Part shown: positions 9,342 to 18,629 of the stretch, in pieces
Layout: each line of letters opens with the position of its first letter
Position numbering within the stretch: position 1 is the first letter of the stretch
NCBI GenBank assembly: GCA_965238075.1
Contig: OZ250173.1
Coordinates: 2,944,001 to 3,008,000, forward strand
Source of the DNA: Candidatus Entotheonellaceae bacterium
GTDB lineage: Bacteria; Tectomicrobia; Entotheonellia; Entotheonellales; Entotheonellaceae
Reading direction: 5' to 3'
Length of the DNA stretch: 64,000 nucleotides
Notes under the pieces: model-generated
Databases searched by the model: none
The model's input: the letters and a program-made list of their open reading frames with translations, nothing else
What the model was told of the DNA's origin: nothing
Position numbers and translations under genes: made by a program

Positions 9342-10535
9342 ATGGAAGCAAACAGACGATTGACCGGGCCGCGGGTACTGGACGGTGTTCGCGTTCTGGA
9401 TTTCACCTCGGTCATCGCCGGACCGTACTGCACCCGGTTGATGGCTGACCTGGGAGCGGAGGTGTTGAAAATCGAGCCGCCAGGCGGGGAGTTTGCCCGT
9501 CACGTGCCGCCGATGCGCCAGGGCGTCAGCGCGGTGTTCAGTCAGCTCAACTGCGGTAAGAAAAGCCTGGCCCTCGATCTCAAGCATGCCGCCGCGGCTG
9601 ACATCGTCAAGCAGTTGGTGCGCACCTACGACGTGGTGATGGAGAATTACAGCCCCGGCGTCATGGCGCGGCTGGGCCTGGATTACGCCGCGCTGGCGCA
9701 AGCCAACCCGGCCCTCATCATGTGCTCGATTTCCGGCTACGGGCAGACGGGACCCAGCGCGCAGCGCCCGGCGTACGCCCCGGTGGTGCAAGCTGAAAGC
9801 GGTTTCGAGCAGGTCTACCTGCAGTATCAACCCAACCTTGAACGGCCGCTCAACATGGGGCCGCCCGTCGCCGACACAACGGCCTCTCTGCAAGCATTGG
9901 GCGCCATCAATGGGGCGCTGTTTTACCGACAGCGGACAGGGCAGGGGCAGCACATCGACATCGCCATGTTCGACGCCATCCTCAACACCTTCCCGAAAGA
10001 GTTCCAGCAACATTACTGGCCTTCGACGCCCGACCGCCTGTACGGCCCGTTCGACACCCAGGACGGGTTCATCCTCGTCCTGCCGCTCAATCAGAAACAT
10101 TTCGAAAGCCTTGCAACGTGCATGGAACGGCAGGATCTGCTGAGCGACCCTCGCTTTGCCACCACGACCGAGCGTCTGGCCAACTACCAGGCGTTCACTG
10201 CGATTGTCGCGGCTTGGCTGCGACGGCTGCCAAGCGCGGAAGCTCTGGCAATACTCGACAGCGCCCATATTCCTTGCGCCAACTATCGCAGCGTGGGAGA
10301 AGCCGCTGGCGACCCGCAACTGCTGCATCGCGGGATGATCGCGGAGACGGAAGACGCCGCCGGCAAGCTGCGTGTGCCCAACTCGCCTTTCCTGTTTTCA
10401 AACACCCAGGCCAACGTGCAACCTTGGGTTGCCAAGGTGGGACAACACAACCGCGAGATTCTCGCAACGGTGCTGGGGTATTCAGCGGCGTGTATCAATC
10501 AGCTTGAAGCGGATGGCGTTTTGTGTGGCGGGTAG
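9342..10535 (+). CDS. CaiB/BaiF class III CoA-transferase
   Basis: LDGVRVLDF, AGPYCT..MADLGAEVLKIEPP, NCGKKSLALDLK, SISGYGQTGP; start 9342 or 9312. Confidence 0.92.
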   Translation: MEANRRLTGPRVLDGVRVLDFTSVIAGPYCTRLMADLGAEVLKIEPPGGEFARHVPPMRQGVSAVFSQLNCGKKSLALDLKHAAAADIVKQLVRTYDVVMENYSPGVMARLGLDYAALAQANPALIMCSISGYGQTGPSAQRPAYAPVVQAESGFEQVYLQYQPNLERPLNMGPPVADTTASLQALGAINGALFYRQRTGQGQHIDIAMFDAILNTFPKEFQQHYWPSTPDRLYGPFDTQDGFILVLPLNQKHFESLATCMERQDLLSDPRFATTTERLANYQAFTAIVAAWLRRLPSAEALAILDSAHIPCANYRSVGEAAGDPQLLHRGMIAETEDAAGKLRVPNSPFLFSNTQANVQPWVAKVGQHNREILATVLGYSAACINQLEADGVLCGG

Positions 10536-10934
10536 GGGCATGAGTCTGTCCCCACCTCGGAGCCTTTTTCGCCCCATTTGGCGCCCGGGTGCCCCACCAT
10601 TTTGGCCGAGACGGCCCAAACTGATCTTTCCGGTGGGATATTGGCCGCGATGGATTCGTCGGCTTTCGTTTGGACCAGCAATGGCAAGGATTTCCACGCT
10701 TCGGTGAGAGCCTCTGAAGTTGTCATAATACGTTCTTATACGAAGCTGGAACGCAACATGTCCGGAGGAAGGCGATGAAAAATCCCGCAACTATACAGGA
10801 ACCCGGGCTGGCTTTATCGGAGCTTTCGCAGGGGCTACCAATCGGTAGTTGTTGAAGCCAGTTTCTCGCGGAAGAATCGTGTGCCTGTCTACGAACCGAA
10901 TTGACGTAGCGCTTCAGGCAGCCGTCCTGTAACG

Positions 10935-10968
10935 GCCCTGGATTTCGGCGGGCGCCGGAATCCAGGGC
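10935..10968. repeat. Palindromic repeat / possible terminator between convergent genes
   Basis: GCCCTGGATT-TCGGCGGGCGCCGG-AATCCAGGGC; shares CGCCGGAATCCAG with 16555 and 55601. Confidence 0.65.
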
Positions 10969-11001
10969 GAGCCGGTGCCCAAATCTGGATAATGATCGAA
11001 A

Positions 11002-12744
11002 TCACGCGTGCGTAGCGTCAATCCCGCCGCGCAGCGCGGCGGTCGCCGCTTCGTCCACGCAGCCGTCGGAGTCAAGCGCGACGCCGTAGCGGGTTCGGGC
11101 GGAGGCAACGGAAACGATGCCGTTGCGCACGTCTTCGGCGACTTGCCCGGCGGGGCGGTCGTGCGGGTGGCCGAAGCCGCCGCCCCCGGCCATGTCGAGG
11201 CGTAGGCGGTCATGCGGCGGGATGGTCTGCTGGCCCTTGGGACGCAGGGCGGCGCCGGAAGCCAGGGCGACCCGTCCGGTAGCGCCGTCAGTGCCGCCGT
11301 CGCGGCCGCGCGGGGCGTTGTCGACGCGCTCGAACATGGCGAGCACGTCGAACGGCATGCCGTCAGCGCCGCCGATCTCGATGACCTGTCCGAGGCCGCC
11401 GCGTTGGGCACCGGCGCCGCCGGAGTCTTCCCGAAACTCCTTGCGCCAAAAGATCACCGGGGTGATCGCCTCGCTGGCCTCGACCGGCATACCGCGCACG
11501 CCGCTCGGAAAGGCCGTCGCGCTCATGCCGTCCTTGCGCGGCCGCGCGCCGCTGCCGCCACTGTTGAAGTGCAGCATCTCGAACGCCGGGCGTTCACCGG
11601 CGTAACCGTTGTTCGGCGATACCGACGGCCCGCCACGCAACTGGATATTCCACAGCGACGCCGAACCCTCCGCCTGCACACCGCCGGGCAGCACCTGGTG
11701 CAGGCACCCCAGCACGGTATCCGGCAGCAGGTGCCCGATGATATGCCGCGCCGCCACCGCACACGGGCGCGGCGCGTTGAGGATGCAGCCCTCCGGGGCC
11801 GCGAAGGTGATCGGCAGCAGCGAGCCGTAGTTGTTCGGAATGTCCGGCGCCACGGCACACTTGACCCCGAAGCAGGTGTACGCCTTGGTGTAGTTCAGCA
11901 CCACGTTGATGCCGTGACTGCTGACCGGCGAGGTGCCGGCGTAGTCGACGTGAATGACGTCGTCGCCCACCGTCAGCGCGGCGCGCAGCGTCACCGGCTC
12001 GTCATACCCGTCCATGGTCAACTCGTTGTGATACGTGCCCGGCTTGATGGCGCGGATGCGCTCGATGGTCGCCTGACGCGACTGTTCGAAGATGAACTCT
12101 GCCAAGTCATCGAGTTGCTCGATGCCGAACTCCGCCATCATGGCCTGCAGACGGTTGGCGCCGGTGTCGTTGGCGGCGGCGAAGGAGAAGATGTCGCCGA
12201 CCACCTGCTGCGGCTCGCGCACGTTGGCGCGGATGAGGTCGAGCAGGGTGGCGTTCGGCTCGCCGTCCCGGAACAGGTGCAGGATGGGGATGCTGAGGCC
12301 CTCCTCGAAGACCTGGCGCGCGTCCGGTCCGAAGCCGCGCCCGCCGATGTCCACCACGTGGCAGGTGTTGGCGAACAGCCCGACCAGCCGGTCGCGGTAG
12401 AACGTCGGCGTCACCACCGTGATGTCGTGCAGGTGCCCGGAGGTGAACCAAGGGTCGTTGGTGATGAACACGTCGCCGGGTTCCATGGTGTCCACCGGGT
12501 GCTTGGCGATGAAATGCCCGACGCCCTCGGCCATGGAGTTGATGTGCCCCGGCGTGCCGGTGACCGCCTGCGCCAGCATGCGGCCCTGGCGGTCGAAGAC
12601 CCCGGCGGCGAGGTCGCCAGCCTCCCGCACGCTGGTGGAAAAGGCGGTGCGCACCAGCGTCTGCGCCTGCTCCTCGACGACCGAGATCAGGCGGTTCCAC
12701 ATGATGTGATGGTGGATTTTCGATAGCGTGGCGGCTTGGTTCAT
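11002..12744 (-). CDS. Hydantoinase B/oxoprolinase family protein
   Basis: RTAFSTSVREAGD, PGDVFITNDPW..GHLHD, HVVDIGG, GGGGFG. Confidence 0.93.
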   Translation of the reverse strand: MNQAATLSKIHHHIMWNRLISVVEEQAQTLVRTAFSTSVREAGDLAAGVFDRQGRMLAQAVTGTPGHINSMAEGVGHFIAKHPVDTMEPGDVFITNDPWFTSGHLHDITVVTPTFYRDRLVGLFANTCHVVDIGGRGFGPDARQVFEEGLSIPILHLFRDGEPNATLLDLIRANVREPQQVVGDIFSFAAANDTGANRLQAMMAEFGIEQLDDLAEFIFEQSRQATIERIRAIKPGTYHNELTMDGYDEPVTLRAALTVGDDVIHVDYAGTSPVSSHGINVVLNYTKAYTCFGVKCAVAPDIPNNYGSLLPITFAAPEGCILNAPRPCAVAARHIIGHLLPDTVLGCLHQVLPGGVQAEGSASLWNIQLRGGPSVSPNNGYAGERPAFEMLHFNSGGSGARPRKDGMSATAFPSGVRGMPVEASEAITPVIFWRKEFREDSGGAGAQRGGLGQVIEIGGADGMPFDVLAMFERVDNAPRGRDGGTDGATGRVALASGAALRPKGQQTIPPHDRLRLDMAGGGGFGHPHDRPAGQVAEDVRNGIVSVASARTRYGVALDSDGCVDEAATAALRGGIDATHA

Positions 12745-14873
12745 GGCGCGGTTCCTCCTTCTACCTGGGGCGACAGGTGTTCAAGCACGAGGTAGTTGAG
12801 CGGGTGCACCTGGGCGCGAAAACGACCGCTGACGACGGTGGACGTGTCGTCTTCGACGATCACCGCGGGTCCGGTGATCTGCGCTCCCGGCGACAGGTCC
12901 CGGCGTTGATAAACCGGCGCGGTCACCGGTTCGCCGGTGACCGTATCGACGATGCGGCGATGACCGCTGGGCGGCGGGGCATCGGCGGCTTGGGCCGTTT
13001 CGACGACCGGGGCGGGTGCTTCGTCGGCGGTGCTGACCAGCAGGACCCAGGTGAGAATTTCTACTTCGAGGTACGGGATGCTGCGTTCGTAAAGTCTACG
13101 GTACTCGTCCTCGAACGCCGCCAGCAGGACCTCCGGCGCGTCGGGTCCCAGGCGTGGGGTGTGAATGCGTACCGGCAGTTCGACGCCCACCTCGTGGCCC
13201 TGGCCCACGTAGCGCATGAACGCCGTGCGGGTCTCGCTCAGCGGTCGGCCGGCGGCGCCGGCTTCCACCACGGCGAGGGCCTCGGCGCGCATGGCGTCCA
13301 GCAGCGCGTTGGCGCCGTCGATGTCGAGCGATGCGACGCGCTGGTAAAAGCTGCGGGTGACCTCGTATGAGACTGGTGCGCGCAGAAAGCCGATGGCGGA
13401 GCCCACGCCGGCCTCGGGCGGGATGACGACGCGCCGCACGTTCAGCTTTTCGGCCAGGCGCGCGGCGTGCAGCGGGGCGGCGCCGCCAAAGGCGATGAGG
13501 GTGCGGTTCTCCACAATCCGGCCGCTCTCGATGGCGTGTACGCGCGAGGCGTTGGCCATGTTCTCGTCCACCATCTCCGACACCCCAAGGGCGGCACCGC
13601 CGGCGTCGAGTTCCAGCCGCTCACCAACGCCGCTCAACAGGGCGTCGGCGGCTTTGTCACGGTTCAGCACGATGCGCCCGCCAGCGAACTGTTGCGGGTC
13701 GATACGGCCGAGGACGACGTCGGCATCGGTGACGGTGGGGCGCTCGCCGCCGCGGTCATAGCATGCCGGACCGGGTTCCGAGCCGGCGCTTTCCGGCCCC
13801 ACGGCGACGCGTCCCAGCGCGTCAAGCGTGGCGATGGAGCCGCCGCCGGCGCCGATTTCGACCATCCGAATGACCGGAATGCGCAGCGGGATGCCGCTGC
13901 CCTGCAGGAAGCGGTAGATGCGCGCCACCTCGAAGCTGCGCGAGGTTTGCGGGGCACCATCGTCGATCAGACAGATTTTGGCGGTGGTGCCGCCCATGTC
14001 GTAGGACAGCACCGCGTCCAGCCCAAGTTGGCGCGCGATGTGGCTGGCGAAAATGGCGCCCCCCGCGGGGCCGGATTCGACCAAGCGTACGGGGAAGCGA
14101 ACGGCGGTTTCAAGGGTCGTGATGCCGCCGCCGGACAGCATGAGATAGAGCGGGCAGCGCAGCCCGGCGTCGGCCAGTTGTTGTTGCAGGCCGCGCAGAT
14201 GCCGGCTCATTAGCGGCTGCACGTAGGCGTTGGCGCAGGCCGTCGAAATGCGCTCGTACTCGCGCATTTCGGGCGACACCTCGCTGGACAGGGTGACTTC
14301 CAGGCCGGGCAGGGCGGCCAGCAGGATGTCGCGCGCCCGCTCTTCGTGGGCGGCGTTCATGTAGCTGTGCAGAAAGCCGACGGCGACGCTGCGCACGGCC
14401 TCCGAACGCAGGCGGGGAATCAGGGCATCAACGTCGGCCTCGGCCAGGGGCAGCAGCACCTCGCCGCGTGCGTTGAGGCGTTCGCGCACCGGCAGGCGCA
14501 GCCGACGCGGCACCAGCGGCGTAGGCAGGTCGATGTCGAGGTCGTACTGCTCATAGCGGTTCTCGTTGCGCATCTCGATGACGTCGCGGAAGCCCTCGGT
14601 GGTGATCAGCGCCGTCGCCGACCCCTTTTGCTCGATCAGCAGATTGGTGGCCAGGGTGGTGCCGTAAATGACCGTGGTGACGGCCTGCGGCTGCACGCCG
14701 GCGCGTTGCAGCACCTCGTGCACGCCCCGCAGCACGCCATGTTCCGGCGCCTCGGGGGTGGTCAGTGTTTTGGCGGTATGGAAAGCCCCGCCGATTTCCA
14801 GCGCCACGTCCGTAAACGTGCCGCCGATATCGACACCCATCCGGCATTGGTCTTGCGGAGAAGAATTATCCAT
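12741..14873 (-). CDS. Hydantoinase A/oxoprolinase family protein
   Basis: GVDIGGTFTD, ESGPAGG, DMGGTTAK, GPESAGSEPGPACY; start placed at 14873; overlaps subunit B by 4 nt. Confidence 0.93.
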   Translation of the reverse strand: MDNSSPQDQCRMGVDIGGTFTDVALEIGGAFHTAKTLTTPEAPEHGVLRGVHEVLQRAGVQPQAVTTVIYGTTLATNLLIEQKGSATALITTEGFRDVIEMRNENRYEQYDLDIDLPTPLVPRRLRLPVRERLNARGEVLLPLAEADVDALIPRLRSEAVRSVAVGFLHSYMNAAHEERARDILLAALPGLEVTLSSEVSPEMREYERISTACANAYVQPLMSRHLRGLQQQLADAGLRCPLYLMLSGGGITTLETAVRFPVRLVESGPAGGAIFASHIARQLGLDAVLSYDMGGTTAKICLIDDGAPQTSRSFEVARIYRFLQGSGIPLRIPVIRMVEIGAGGGSIATLDALGRVAVGPESAGSEPGPACYDRGGERPTVTDADVVLGRIDPQQFAGGRIVLNRDKAADALLSGVGERLELDAGGAALGVSEMVDENMANASRVHAIESGRIVENRTLIAFGGAAPLHAARLAEKLNVRRVVIPPEAGVGSAIGFLRAPVSYEVTRSFYQRVASLDIDGANALLDAMRAEALAVVEAGAAGRPLSETRTAFMRYVGQGHEVGVELPVRIHTPRLGPDAPEVLLAAFEDEYRRLYERSIPYLEVEILTWVLLVSTADEAPAPVVETAQAADAPPPSGHRRIVDTVTGEPVTAPVYQRRDLSPGAQITGPAVIVEDDTSTVVSGRFRAQVHPLNYLVLEHLSPQVEGGTAP

Positions 14874-14926
14874 TTGTTTTATGTGCGCCTGTTTTGACCA
14901 ATCAAAAACGTTTCCATCGCACTGCG

Positions 14927-16123
14927 TCATCCGGACGCTTCGTCGAGGTGTTCCCGGGTCTCGGCGAGCACCAGATCTACCACCTGGCCAGCGCCTCCGT
15001 CTCGGTGTCTCCCTCATGGCGGCGCAGCCGGTAGAGGTCGAGCTGGCGGTCTGCGCCGCTCCCGTTCATCACGATGGTCGGGGTGCGGCGGATCTCGGCC
15101 TCGCAGCCGAGCGCCCGGGCGTCGGCCGCGAGTTCGTCGACCACCTCCGACAGGTAATCGGCGATGTCTACCCGCCCGGTGCCCGACGTCCTGTCGCCGA
15201 AGAAAGCGAACACACCGTAGCGCTGGGCGATCCAACGATCCTCCGCGATCAGCTCGGTAAGCGGTTCGGGCGGGAGCTGGCCTTCCCGGTCCTGCCGCCA
15301 TAGCCAGCGGATGAGGCACGCGTAGAGCGCCGCGATGCTCACCGCGTCCTCGATATGCGTGCAGACATCGCAGATCCGAAGCTCCACCGTCGGATAGGCA
15401 TGGGAGGGTCGAATATCCCACCACAGCTCACTACCGTCGTTCAGGAACTCCATGCGCCGGTACCCGGACAAGAGCCGATCGTACTCTTCCCACGACCGCA
15501 GCGGGCCGGGCATGCCGGTGCGCGGGAGGCTACCGACCAGGCTCAGCCGGTAGGACTTGAACCCGGTCTCGTGCCCGGCGTTGAACGGCGACGAGGTCGA
15601 CAGCGCATGGAGCAGCGGCAGGTAGCGTCGTAATGCCGTCATCACCCGTATGCGCGTGTCCGCGTCTCCGATAGCCCGCGTGGATATGCATGCCGCCGAC
15701 GACAAAACGCCGTATCCCCTCCTGGAACGTCACCGCGAACCGTCTGTAGCGCTCCTTTGGCGTCACCGCCTGCGCCCGCCACGACGCGAAGGGATGGGTG
15801 GAAGCGGCCATTGCCGCCGCGCCGTACTGCCCGGCCGCCTCGATGACGATCTGGCGGGTTTCGCGCAGCGCCGCACGCACCTCCGCCACGGAACCGCATA
15901 CCCTCGTATTGGTCTCGATCTGGGAGCGCAGTAACTCCCGCACCACCCTGTGCGGCCCGCTAGTCCTTTCGCATGCCTCGAAGATGCCTGCGTCGGGATC
16001 GACCAGAAGGTCGCGGGAGCCGGGGTCAACCAGGAACAGCTCCTCCTCGACGCCGAGGGTGATCGTAAGTTCCTGGCAGGCCGGGGGCGTGCCGCCAGGG
16101 GTGGATGGAGGGGGCTTGGACAT
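14927..16123 (-). pseudogene. Carboxylate-amine ligase (YbdK/glutamate-cysteine ligase family 2) with two frameshifts
   Basis: TLGVEEELFLVD and GGMHIHAG in one frame; extra base ~15673 then IGDAD..ALSTSSPF..WWDIRP..TVELRICD; missing base ~14989 then QVVDLVLAETRE to TGA 14927. Confidence 0.8.
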
Positions 16124-16223
16124 GATTTCCTCCAACGGATGCAATCGCGGACTGAATCCGACGGCCCAAACCTGCGCGCGCTACCCCGGATTCGGGCCCG
16201 CCGAGAATACTGTGATTATCCCC

Positions 16224-16433
16224 TCAGCAAGGGACGATGATTTCGAGAAACAGCTTGCGGAGGACGGGGAAACGGTCGGCGGACTGGCTGCGCAGCACCC
16301 GCACGACAACGGCGCGCGCGACAAACCACAGAAGCACCAGGCCGATGCCCAGCAGCGCCATCAGAGCGCCGAAACCGAAAAGCCATTTCAGAACGACGAA
16401 TACGTCGTGTAAAGCCGTCAGAATCATTGTCAA
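16224..16433 (-). CDS. Small hypothetical membrane protein
   Basis: 69-aa ORF with one long hydrophobic segment followed by basic residues. Confidence 0.35.
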   Translation of the reverse strand: MTMILTALHDVFVVLKWLFGFGALMALLGIGLVLLWFVARAVVVRVLRSQSADRFPVLRKLFLEIIVPC

Positions 16434-16554
16434 AATTCCTTAGAGCGGTTTTCATATGACTATATGGGATCGTCGCAATGGGCAAAACCAGCTCTGATCA
16501 TCCGATGTCTTACCGTGAAAATAGCCGCTGGCGTGATGGCCAATGCCCCCAAAG

Positions 16555-16636
16555 CCGTCATTCCGGCGCACGCCGGAATCCAGTGACCTTTGGGCGTCCG
16601 AAGACCCCTGGACCCCGGCTTGCGCCGGGGTGACGG
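16555..16636. repeat. Palindromic GTCATTCC...GGAATCCAG...CTGGACCCC...GGGGTGAC element
   Basis: Two internal hairpins closed by CCGTCA/TGACGG; partial copies at 10935 and 55601. Confidence 0.75.
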
Positions 16637-16708
16637 TCCCATTTTCATGCTTCAGGCTCACGTAAGAGTATTTTCGATTCTGAATGAACGTTCCAATGCC
16701 CTCAAAGC

Positions 16709-16750
16709 GTCATCCTGGGCTTGACCCCGGACCAAGTCCGGGGCAGGCTC
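16709..16750. repeat. Palindromic GAGCCTGCCCCGGACTTGGTCCGGGG-type repeat (reverse orientation)
   Basis: CCCCGGACCAAGTCCGGGG hairpin; degenerate relative GAGCCTGTCCCGTGC..CAGGG at 17104-17129. Confidence 0.55.
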
Positions 16751-17070
16751 TTGGCCGCCGCCGCTCAGCGCCCTTGCTCCACGACGCGGGCAGGTATAAG
16801 GCGCGGTCCAGCAACGTCTGAACCAGGCGACTGGCGCAGGTCAACAATACACCGATCCGGCAGTTCTGGACTTTCCCTGCCTTGCCACAAGGCGCGTCCG
16901 AGCAGGTGCTGGAAGCCGTAGGGCGTGGCAGGGCCACTGACTTCTGCCAGTTGCCAAGCGTTTTTGCGTCCTGTGGTACTGAGTAAGCCTTCAATATAGG
17001 CCACGGCGCGCTGCCATGTACCCGAATCGATGGACGGCGGACAAAGTAGGGACGGAGGCGCTGTGCCACC
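16750..17070 (-). mobile_element. IS701-family transposase remnant with internal deletion
   Basis: AYIEGLLSTTGRKNAWQLAE..TPYGFQHLLGRALW joined out of frame to AGKVQNCRIGV..LLDRALYLPASW. Confidence 0.8.
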
Positions 17071-17332
17071 TCTTTGAGATAGGCGTGCCGTTGACGGTCG
17101 TCAGAGCCTGTCCCGTGCTGAAGCAGGGTCCGCCTCGATTGCGAGCGGGTCGAAACCTTGCATTGACATCATGGCGCCTGCGTTTTGAATCACGGAAAAG
17201 AACATGATAGCTTTAATTAGAGACGTCGTACAATGCGGTCTATAGCCTTCCCTTTGGGCAGGCGTTCAACAAGCTTATATCGCTGGTTCGCAGGCTTATT
17301 GCATGGTATCAAGAATGACACAGGGGAAGGTC

Positions 17333-17914
17333 ATGCTACGTAGTGAAGCACTGGAGGCCATGTACCCGAATCTGGCGTCGTGCGCGGTCGTCACCATCAT
17401 GGGGGCTACCGCGTCGGAACTCTACGCCTTGGGGCACCGACCGAATTTCTTCTATCTGGAACACGCCATGGGGCTGGCCTCGTCGATGGGACTGGGCATT
17501 GCGCTCAGCCGTCCCGAAGAGACGGTGGTGGTGCTGGATGGCGACGGCTCGATTTTGATGAATCTGGGCAGCCTGACGACCATGGCGCGCTATCGGCCGT
17601 CTAATTTGATCCACGTCGTCTTCGACAACGAAGCCCTCTTGTCAGTCGGCAGGACGTTCACCACCGCCACGGGCACGGGCAGCAACATTGCAGCGATGGC
17701 CGAAGCGGCGGGGGTGCCGCGTTCGGCCACGGTGGACACAGTGGAAGGGTGCCGCCAGGCATTTCAGGAAGCCCTGGCGGCGCGGCAATTGACGACCCTG
17801 GTGGCAAAGGTGGCGGCGCAGGGACCGGCGAACTATCACATCGACGTCCACATGCTGGAAAACCGCTTCGAGTTCCAGCGCTACCTCACCCGCGACCGCC
17901 TCAAAGCCGGTTGA
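17333..17914 (+). CDS. ThDP-binding subunit, sulfopyruvate/phosphonopyruvate decarboxylase beta-like
   Basis: MGLASSMGLGIAL, LDGDGSILMNLGSL, VVFDNE; ~193 aa standalone C-terminal ThDP domain. Confidence 0.8.
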   Translation: MLRSEALEAMYPNLASCAVVTIMGATASELYALGHRPNFFYLEHAMGLASSMGLGIALSRPEETVVVLDGDGSILMNLGSLTTMARYRPSNLIHVVFDNEALLSVGRTFTTATGTGSNIAAMAEAAGVPRSATVDTVEGCRQAFQEALAARQLTTLVAKVAAQGPANYHIDVHMLENRFEFQRYLTRDRLKAG

Positions 17915-17925
17915 TCACGGGCGAC

Positions 17926-18513
17926 TCAGGCCCGTACCAACTGGCCGACGTCGGAGGTCGGCGCGTCGATCAGCCGGGTGGCCGGCAGGTCGTCGATCTT
18001 GCCGGTATCCAGCAGTTCCTGAGCGGCGGGTACCGGCATCACGTCACGATGATGCGCCGCGTTCACCCCGCTTGTCTGGCCCGTCGGGTCTTCGACCCAC
18101 CACGACGCCTCCAGGGCGATGCCGTTGGGATCCGTGAAGTAGATCGACTGCATGAGCCCGTGGTCCACCACCTCCGTGACTTCGCAGCCGTGATCGAGCA
18201 AGCGTTGCCGCAGCGCCTGCATGGCCTCGGCGTCCGGCAGGTTGAGCGATACGTGGTCGAACTGGATGGCCCTGTCGTCCGGCACCCCCGCCGGTTTGGC
18301 AAAGCCCACGACCTCGTGGTTGCGGTACTCGAAAAAAGCCACCGTGGCACCGTCACCCACGTCGAAAAAGTAATGCCGGAACGACTCGTTGCCGACTGTG
18401 GCAACCAGGCGCGCACCGAGCACGCCGTGCCAGAACCGCGTCGTCGTGTCCATGTCGTTCGTCACCAACGCCAGGTGATTCAACCCAGCCCATCGAACCG
18501 CTTCACTGCTCAT
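17926..18513 (-). CDS. VOC/glyoxalase family protein
   Basis: LNHLALVTNDM, FDHVSL, SIYFTDPNGIALE. Confidence 0.88.
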   Translation of the reverse strand: MSSEAVRWAGLNHLALVTNDMDTTTRFWHGVLGARLVATVGNESFRHYFFDVGDGATVAFFEYRNHEVVGFAKPAGVPDDRAIQFDHVSLNLPDAEAMQALRQRLLDHGCEVTEVVDHGLMQSIYFTDPNGIALEASWWVEDPTGQTSGVNAAHHRDVMPVPAAQELLDTGKIDDLPATRLIDAPTSDVGQLVRA

Positions 18514-18629
18514 CGTCCCTTCTCCTCTCGGCCAATGTTCTGCCTGTATGACGCGTATGCTATGCTGACCTTCACCGGTCAAACATAGCACGAATCCTGG
18601 AAATTCCCCCCGGGCAAGGACGCCGTCCC

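Noticed and set aside
12741-15017. Extended N-termini in the ORF track (hydantoinase A; also aat, Gld copy 2, HigA, NIPSNAP)
   Set aside because: The extensions overlap neighbouring genes or repeats; downstream starts with RBS fit family lengths better
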